34,178 nucleotides of DNA. Origin: a virus (taxonomy: Duplodnaviria > Heunggongvirae > Uroviricota > Caudoviricetes). Below are positions 28,216 through 34,178 of this stretch, one piece after another. The stretch's first letter is position 1. Every line of letters begins with the position of its first letter. A model generated the notes under the pieces. The model saw nothing but the letters and a program-made list of their open reading frames with translations. It made no database searches and was not told the origin of the DNA. The DNA lies in the IMG/VR virus record IMGVR_UViG_2534681772_000018; one strand, written 5' to 3'. The position numbers were made by a program, and so were the translations under genes.

Positions 28216-28491
28216 ATGAACAAAGAAAATGTGATTACCCTGGACAATCCGGTCAAGCGTGGTGAGCAGGTTATCGAACAGGTCACGCTGATGAAACCTA
28301 ATGCCGGGACGCTGCGCGGTGTCAGTCTGGCTGCGGTCGCAAACTCCGAAGTCGATGCACTGATTAAGGTGCTGCCGCGCATGACGGCACCGATGCTGAC
28401 CGAGCAGGAGGTCGCCGCGCTGGAACTGCCTGACCTTGTGGCGCTGGCCGGTAAGGTGGTCGGTTTTTTGTCGCCGAACTCGGTGCAGTGA
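28216..28491 (+). CDS. E: Tail assembly chaperone E (P2 gpE)
   Basis: 91-aa ORF, same length as P2 E, upstream of the tape measure gene; contains the slippery site near its 3' end. Confidence 0.85.
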   Translation: MNKENVITLDNPVKRGEQVIEQVTLMKPNAGTLRGVSLAAVANSEVDALIKVLPRMTAPMLTEQEVAALELPDLVALAGKVVGFLSPNSVQ

Positions 28492-28643
28492 CGTTTCCGA
28501 AAAATCTCTCGGTCGATGACCTGATGGCAGATGTGGCTGTGATATTTCACTGGCCGCCATCAGAACTGTATCCCATGAGTCTGACCGAACTCATCACATG
28601 GCGCGAAAAGGCGCTCCGGCGAAGCGGAAACACGAATGAGTAA
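28216..28643 (+). CDS. E': Tail assembly chaperone E+E', product of a programmed -1 ribosomal frameshift at about 28464-28470
   Basis: Slippery heptamer T-TTT-TTG at 28464-28470 inside E. I translated the -1 frame by hand and it stays open to TAA at 28641-28643 (...FFVAELGAVTFPKNLSVDDLMADVAVIFHWPPSELYPMSLTELITWREKALRRSGNTNE), overlapping the start of T. This is the conserved G/GT-type arrangement of tailed phages. Confidence 0.6.
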
Positions 28644-31083
28644 CAATGTAAAATTACAGGTATTGCTCAGGGCTGTTGACCAGGCATCCCGCCCGTTTAA
28701 ATCCATCCGCACAGCGAGCAAATCGCTGTCGGGGGATATCCGGGAAACACAAAAATCACTGCGCGAGCTGAACGGTCAGGCATCCCGTATTGAGGGATTT
28801 CGCAAGACCAGTGCACAGCTCGCCGTGACTGGTCATGCACTTGAAAAGGCACGGCAGGAGGCCGAAGCCCTTGCCACACAGTTTAAAAACACCGAACGTC
28901 CGACACGTGCTCAGGCGAAAGTGCTGGAATCCGCGAAGCGTGCGGCGGAGGACTTACAGGCGAAATATAACCGCCTGACGGATTCCGTTAAACGCCAGCA
29001 GCGGGAACTGGCCGTTGTGGGAATTAATACCCGCAATCTTGCACATGATGAGCAGGGACTGAAAAACCGTATCAGTGAAACCACCGCACAGCTTAACCGT
29101 CAGCGTGACGCGCTGGCGCGTGTCAGTGCGCAACAGGCAAAACTTAACGCAGTAAAACAGCGTTATCAGGCAGGCAAGGAACTGGCCGGAAATATGGCCT
29201 CAGTGGGCGCTGCCGGTGTGGGGATTGCGGCGGCGGGAACGATGGCCGGAGTTAAGTTGCTGATGCCAGGTTATGAGTTTGCGCAGAAAAACTCAGAATT
29301 GCTGGCCGTGCTCGGAGTGGCAAAAGACTCCGCCGAAATGACCGCACTACGCAAACAGGCGCGCCAGCTCGGCGACAATACCGCCGCCTCGGCGGATGAT
29401 GCGGCCGGTGCACAGATAATCATCGCGAAAGCCGGTGGGGATGTTGATGCCATTCAGGCGGCAACGCCGGTCACGCTGAATATGGCGCTGGCGAACCGCC
29501 GCACGATGGAAGAAAACGCCGCCCTGCTGATGGGGATGAAATCCGCCTTTCAGCTTTCAAACGATAAGGTCGCTCATATCGGGGATGTTCTCTCCATGAC
29601 GATGAACAAAACCGCCGCCGATTTTGACGGCATGAGCGATGCGCTGACCTATGCCGCACCTGTGGCAAAAAATGCCGGTGTCAGCATTGAAGAAACCGCC
29701 GCAATGGTCGGGGCGCTGCATGATGCAAAAATCACAGGCTCAATGGCGGGGACGGGAAGCCGTGCCGTGTTAAGCCGCCTGCAGGCACCGACGGGAAAAG
29801 CGTGGGATGCACTGAAAGAGCTTGGTGTGAAAACCTCAGACAGCAAGGGAAACACCCGACCAGTATTTACCATTCTGAAAGAAATGCAGGCCAGTTTTGA
29901 GAAAAACCGGCTCGGTACTGCCCAGCAGGCAGAATACATGAAAACCATTTTCGGGGAGGAGGCCAGCTCAGCCGCCGCTGTGCTGATGACTGCCGCGTCA
30001 ACCGGAAAGCTGGACAAACTGACCGCTGCGTTTAAAGCCTCAGACGGAAAGACCGCAGAACTGGTAAATATCATGCAGGACAACCTCGGCGGTGACTTTA
30101 AGGAGTTTCAGTCCGCTTATGAGGCGGTGGGGACTGACCTGTTTGACCAGCAGGAAGGCGCACTGCGTAAGCTCACTCAGACGGCCACAAAGTATGTGTT
30201 AAAACTCGACGGCTGGATCCAGAAAAACAAATCACTGGCGTCAACCATCGGCATCATTGCCGGTGGCGCACTGGCGCTGACTGGCATCATCGGTGCCATT
30301 GGTCTTGTAGCCTGGCCGGTTATCACCGGCATCAATGCCATCATCGCGGCAGCAGGCGCAATGGGGGCAATCTTCACGACGGTTGGCAGTGCTGTTATGA
30401 CGGCCATCGGGGCGATTAGCTGGCCGGTTGTGGCCGTGGTGGCCGCCATTGTCGCCGGGGTGTTGCTTATCCGTAAATACTGGGAGCCTGTCAGCGCATT
30501 CTTTGGCGGTGTGGTGGAAGGGCTGAAAGCGGCATTTGCGCCGGTGGGGGAACTGTTCACGCCACTTAAGCCGGTGTTTGACTGGCTGGGCGAAAAGTTA
30601 CAGGCCGCGTGGCAGTGGTTTAAAAACCTGATTGCCCCGGTCAAAGCCACACAGGACACCCTGAACCGTTGCCGTGACACGGGCGTCATGTTCGGGCAGG
30701 CACTGGCTGACGCGCTGATGCTGCCGCTTAATGCGTTCAACAAACTGCGCAGCGGCATTGACTGGGTACTGGAAAAGCTCGGGGTCATCAACAAAGAGTC
30801 AGACACACTTGACCAGACCGCCGCCAGAACTCATGCCGCCACGTATGGCACCGGTGGTTATATTCCGGCGACCAGCTCTTATGCAGGCTATCAGGCTTAT
30901 CAGCCGGTCACGGCACCGGCTGGCCGCTCTTATGTGGACCAGAGTAAAAACGAATATCACATCAGCCTGACGGGTGGTACTGCGCCGGGGACACAGCTTG
31001 ACCGCCAGTTACAGGATGCGCTCGAAAAATACGAGCGGGATAAACGTGCGCGCGCCCGTGCCAGCATGATGCATGACGGTTAA
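28636..31083 (+). CDS. T: Tail tape measure protein (P2 gpT)
   Basis: 815-aa ORF, same length as P2 T; coiled-coil-rich N-terminus and Gly/Ala-rich hydrophobic central segments typical of tape measure proteins. Confidence 0.9.
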   Translation: MSNNVKLQVLLRAVDQASRPFKSIRTASKSLSGDIRETQKSLRELNGQASRIEGFRKTSAQLAVTGHALEKARQEAEALATQFKNTERPTRAQAKVLESAKRAAEDLQAKYNRLTDSVKRQQRELAVVGINTRNLAHDEQGLKNRISETTAQLNRQRDALARVSAQQAKLNAVKQRYQAGKELAGNMASVGAAGVGIAAAGTMAGVKLLMPGYEFAQKNSELLAVLGVAKDSAEMTALRKQARQLGDNTAASADDAAGAQIIIAKAGGDVDAIQAATPVTLNMALANRRTMEENAALLMGMKSAFQLSNDKVAHIGDVLSMTMNKTAADFDGMSDALTYAAPVAKNAGVSIEETAAMVGALHDAKITGSMAGTGSRAVLSRLQAPTGKAWDALKELGVKTSDSKGNTRPVFTILKEMQASFEKNRLGTAQQAEYMKTIFGEEASSAAAVLMTAASTGKLDKLTAAFKASDGKTAELVNIMQDNLGGDFKEFQSAYEAVGTDLFDQQEGALRKLTQTATKYVLKLDGWIQKNKSLASTIGIIAGGALALTGIIGAIGLVAWPVITGINAIIAAAGAMGAIFTTVGSAVMTAIGAISWPVVAVVAAIVAGVLLIRKYWEPVSAFFGGVVEGLKAAFAPVGELFTPLKPVFDWLGEKLQAAWQWFKNLIAPVKATQDTLNRCRDTGVMFGQALADALMLPLNAFNKLRSGIDWVLEKLGVINKESDTLDQTAARTHAATYGTGGYIPATSSYAGYQAYQPVTAPAGRSYVDQSKNEYHISLTGGTAPGTQLDRQLQDALEKYERDKRARARASMMHDG

Positions 31084-31097
31084 GGAGGTGACGAAAA

Positions 31098-31577
31098 ATG
31101 ATGCTCGCGTTAGGTATGTTTGTTTTTATGCGCCAGACGCTGCCACACCAGACCATGCAGCGTGAATCAGATTATCGCTGGCCGTCAAATTCCCGTATCG
31201 GTAAACGGGATGCCTACCAGTTTCTCGGCGTTGGCGAGGAAAACATGACGCTGGCCGGTGTGCTTTATCCCGAACTGACCGGCGGCAAGCTGACGATGAC
31301 CACGCTCAGGCTGATGGCAGAGGAAGGTCGGGCGTGGCCGTTGCTGGATGGCACCGGCATGATTTACGGCATGTATGTCATCAGCAGGGTGAGTGAAACA
31401 GGGAGTATTTTCTTTGCAGACGGCACACCCCGAAAAATTGATTTTACGCTGTCGCTCACCCGCGTTGACGAATCACTGGCCGCGCTTTATGGCGATATCG
31501 GTAAACAGGCGGAATCGCTCATCGGTAAGGCTGGCAGTATGGCGACTAAATTCACAGGTATGACGGGGGCGGGATAA
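31098..31577 (+). CDS. U: Tail protein U (P2 gpU)
   Basis: 159-aa ORF, same length as P2 U; AAGGAGGTG upstream. Confidence 0.85.
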   Translation: MMLALGMFVFMRQTLPHQTMQRESDYRWPSNSRIGKRDAYQFLGVGEENMTLAGVLYPELTGGKLTMTTLRLMAEEGRAWPLLDGTGMIYGMYVISRVSETGSIFFADGTPRKIDFTLSLTRVDESLAALYGDIGKQAESLIGKAGSMATKFTGMTGAG

Positions 31578-32740
31578 TGCTGGATGCACTGACATTTGAT
31601 GCAGGCAGTACGCTGACGCCGGATTACATGCTGATGCTCGACAGCAGGGATATTACCGGCAATATCAGCGACCGTCTAATGAGCATGACTCTGACGGATA
31701 ACCGGGGCTTTGAGGCTGACCAGCTTGATATTGAACTGAACGATGCCGACGGGCAGGTCGGGCTGCCGATTCGTGGCGCTGTCCTGACGGTGTATATCGG
31801 CTGGAAAGGTTTTGCCCTGGTATGCAAAGGGAAATTTACCGTTGATGAGGTTGAACACCGGGGCGCGCCGGATGTGGTCACCATCCGCGCCCGGAGTGCA
31901 GATTTTCGCGGGACGCTCAATTCCCGCCGTGAAGGCTCCTGGCATGACACCACGCTCGGTGCGATTGTTGAGGCAATAGCCTCCCGTAACAGGCTGGAAG
32001 CCAGTGTCGCGCCGTCACTGGCCGGAATTAAAATCCCGCACATCGACCAGTCGCAGGAGTCTGATGCAAAATTCCTGACCCGCCTTGCTGAACGCAACGG
32101 CGGTGAGGTGTCGGTAAAAATGGGAAAATTGTTGTTTCTCAAAGCGGGGCAGGGGGTGACGGCCAGCGGTAAAAAAATCCAGCAGGTCACCATCACCCGC
32201 AGCGACGGCGACCGTCATCATTTTGCGATTGCTGACCGTGGAGCCTACACCGGCGTAACGGCAAAGTGGTTACACACCAAAGACCCGAAGCCGCAAAAGC
32301 AGAAGGTAAAACTGAAACGCAAAAAGAAAGAGAAACACCTGCGCGCACTGGAGCACCCGAAAGCGAAACCGGTCAGGCAGAAGAAAGCGCCAAAAGTACC
32401 GGAAGCGCGCGAAGGTGAATACATGGCCGGTGAGGCTGACAACGTTTTTGCCCTGACCACGGTATATGCCACGAAAGCACAGGCCATGCGCGCCGCTCAG
32501 GCTAAGTGGGATAAACTGCAACGGAGTGTAGCAGAGTTCTCCATCAGCCTGGCTACCGGTCGGGCCGATATTTACACGGAAACACCGGTTAAAGTGTCAG
32601 GCTTTAAGCGCGTCATAGACGAGCAGGACTGGACAATCACTAAGGTGACACATTTTCTTAATAATAGCGGCTTCACGACGTCCTTAGATCTTGAGGTCAG
32701 GCTTTCTGATGTGGAGTACGAAACAGAAGATGATGAGTGA
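31577..32740 (+). CDS. D: Tail protein D (P2 gpD, late control D)
   Basis: 387-aa ORF, same length as P2 D, last gene of the tail operon; start overlaps the U stop. Confidence 0.9.
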   Translation: MLDALTFDAGSTLTPDYMLMLDSRDITGNISDRLMSMTLTDNRGFEADQLDIELNDADGQVGLPIRGAVLTVYIGWKGFALVCKGKFTVDEVEHRGAPDVVTIRARSADFRGTLNSRREGSWHDTTLGAIVEAIASRNRLEASVAPSLAGIKIPHIDQSQESDAKFLTRLAERNGGEVSVKMGKLLFLKAGQGVTASGKKIQQVTITRSDGDRHHFAIADRGAYTGVTAKWLHTKDPKPQKQKVKLKRKKKEKHLRALEHPKAKPVRQKKAPKVPEAREGEYMAGEADNVFALTTVYATKAQAMRAAQAKWDKLQRSVAEFSISLATGRADIYTETPVKVSGFKRVIDEQDWTITKVTHFLNNSGFTTSLDLEVRLSDVEYETEDDE

Positions 32741-32821
32741 TGTTTTTATTTTATCTGTTTGTTTTGTAAGGATAAATTAACTAAAATGACACCATCAACA
32801 AAACCGGAAGAGGTGCTCGCG

Positions 32822-33040
32822 ATGTTTCATTGTCCTTTATGCCAGCATGCCGCACATGCGCGTACAAGCCGCTATATCACTGACACGACAAAAGAGCGTT
32901 ATCACCAGTGTCAGAACGTGAATTGCAGCGCCACGTTCATCACTTATGAGTCGGTGCAGCGATACATCGTGAAGCCGGGAGAAGTCCACGCCGTAAGGCC
33001 GCACCCGTTGCCGTCAGGACAGCAAATTATGTGGATGTGA
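32822..33040 (+). CDS. ogr: Late-gene transcription activator Ogr (zinc finger)
   Basis: 72-aa ORF MFHCPLCQHAAHARTSRYITDTTKERYHQCQNVNCSATF... with a CxxC...CxxxxC zinc finger; GAGGTG upstream of ATG 32822. Track ORF starts further upstream at 32759. Confidence 0.85.
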   Translation: MFHCPLCQHAAHARTSRYITDTTKERYHQCQNVNCSATFITYESVQRYIVKPGEVHAVRPHPLPSGQQIMWM

Positions 33041-33050
33041 TCACAAAAAT

Positions 33051-33078
33051 AGCCCCTCAGTTGAGGGGCTTTATTTAT
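33051..33078 (+). terminator. Rho-independent terminator after ogr
   Basis: AGCCCCTC-AGTT-GAGGGGCT hairpin followed by TTATTTAT, 11 nt after the ogr stop. Confidence 0.6.
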
Positions 33079-33083
33079 GGTCG

Positions 33084-33200
33084 ATGTGGACGCTATGTGG
33101 ACAGAGTTTGATATAAATCCATTTATATCATCAGGTTAGGTGCTTTTTTGTGACACCATCCCTGTCTTCCCCCACATGATGTGGGGTTTTTTTTATCCTC
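33084..33200. other. Probable attR region (phage arm with direct repeats, then core and host junction)
   Basis: Lies between the last phage gene (ogr) and the host gene fieF. Two direct repeats ATGTGGAC at 33084-33091 and 33095-33102, 11 bp apart, resemble integrase arm-type binding sites. A second terminator hairpin CCCCAC-ATGAT-GTGGGG plus T8 at 33170-33194 may be host-derived. Exact core not determined. Confidence 0.4.
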
Positions 33201-33275
33201 AATTTGCCTGCTGCTTAATGCATTGCAGATGATTTGCTTCCGTTATACTAGCGTCAGTTGATAGCGGGAGTATTT

Positions 33276-34178
33276 ATGAATCAATCTTATGGACGGCTGG
33301 TCAGTCGGGCGGCGATTGCTGCGACGGCGATGGCTTCGTTGCTATTGCTGATTAAAATTTTTGCATGGTGGTATACCGGGTCGGTGAGTATTCTCGCCGC
33401 GCTGGTGGATTCGCTGGTGGATATCGGCGCGTCGTTGACGAATTTATTGGTGGTGCGATATTCCCTGCAACCTGCCGACGATAATCACTCGTTTGGTCAC
33501 GGTAAAGCTGAGTCCCTCGCGGCGCTGGCGCAAAGTATGTTTATCTCCGGTTCGGCACTATTCCTGTTTTTGACGGGTATTCAACATCTGATATCTCCAA
33601 CACCGATGACAGATCCAGGCGTCGGGGTTATCGTGACAATTGTGGCGCTAATTTGTACGATTATCCTTGTCTCGTTTCAGCGTTGGGTGGTGCGGCGGAC
33701 GCAAAGCCAGGCGGTGCGGGCTGATATGCTACATTACCAGTCTGATGTTATGATGAACGGCGCAATTCTGCTGGCGCTGGGGTTGTCCTGGTACGGCTGG
33801 CATCGCGCCGATGCTCTGTTTGCATTGGGAATCGGCATCTATATTTTATATAGCGCGTTACGCATGGGATATGAGGCGGTACAGTCATTACTGGATCGCG
33901 CATTGCCTGATGAGGAACGGCAAGAAATTATTGATATCGTGACTTCCTGGCCGGGTGTTAGCGGCGCTCACGATCTTCGCACGCGGCAGTCAGGGCCGAC
34001 CCGCTTTATTCAGATTCATTTGGAAATGGAAGACTCTCTGCCTTTGGTTCAGGCACATATGGTGGCGGATCAGGTAGAGCAGGCTATTTTACGGCGTTTT
34101 CCGGGATCGGATGTAATTATCCATCAGGACCCCTGTTCCGTCGTACCCAGGGAGGGTAAACGGTCTATGCTTTCATAA
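33276..34178 (+). CDS. fieF: Cation-diffusion facilitator family ferrous-iron/zinc efflux transporter FieF (YiiP), host gene
   Basis: 300-aa [52 protein letters not shown]... recognised as E. coli FieF/YiiP; multiple transmembrane helices; GC content and codon usage differ from the adjacent phage DNA. Confidence 0.95.

Noticed and set aside
29271-30806. Minus-strand ORFs (29649..30083, 30177..30806 and others) inside tape measure gene T
   Set aside because: Antisense to the 815-aa tape measure ORF. Their Ala/Ser/Pro-rich translations mirror the Gly/Ala-rich coding strand; they are shadow ORFs.
33041-33275. Canonical P2 attachment core sequence, and a tRNA gene at the integration site
   Set aside because: The P2 core as I recall it is not present in the ogr-fieF interval, and no tRNA-like cloverleaf is evident. 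The integration site appears to be an intergenic, non-tRNA site specific to this integrase.
1-34178. CRISPR arrays or tandem direct repeats
   Set aside because: No regularly spaced direct repeats of 25-40 bp were seen anywhere in the window. The only notable repeats are the IS2 terminal inverted repeats, the 5-bp target duplication and the short repeats near attR.

Overview
This window is an almost complete P2-like (Peduovirus-type) prophage in an Escherichia/enterobacterial chromosome, running from the integrase at the left edge to ogr, with the host gene fieF (300 aa cation-diffusion facilitator) at the right edge. The backbone is syntenic with P2: int, C, cox, B, small early ORFs, A, a cos site, then Q, P, O, N, M, L, X, Y, K, lysA, lysB, lysC, R, S, V, W, J, I, H, G, FI, FII, E/E', T, U, D, ogr. 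Two AT-rich cargo islands sit at the two canonical accessory loci of P2-like phages. At the tin/old position (about 5776-9255) there is a Dcm-like C5-cytosine DNA methyltransferase convergent with a two-gene operon encoding a ParB/Srx-domain protein and a 331-aa orphan protein; this is my main candidate for an undescribed restriction-modification-like or anti-phage system. At the Z/fun position (about 25004-26437) there is a single 299-aa orphan gene. The tail fibre gene H is split by a complete 1331-bp IS2 with an intact 5-bp target duplication, so the prophage is probably tail-fibre defective. All coordinates and calls come from reading the sequence and the ORF track; no database search was run, and P2 homology is asserted from recalled protein lengths, gene order and motifs.
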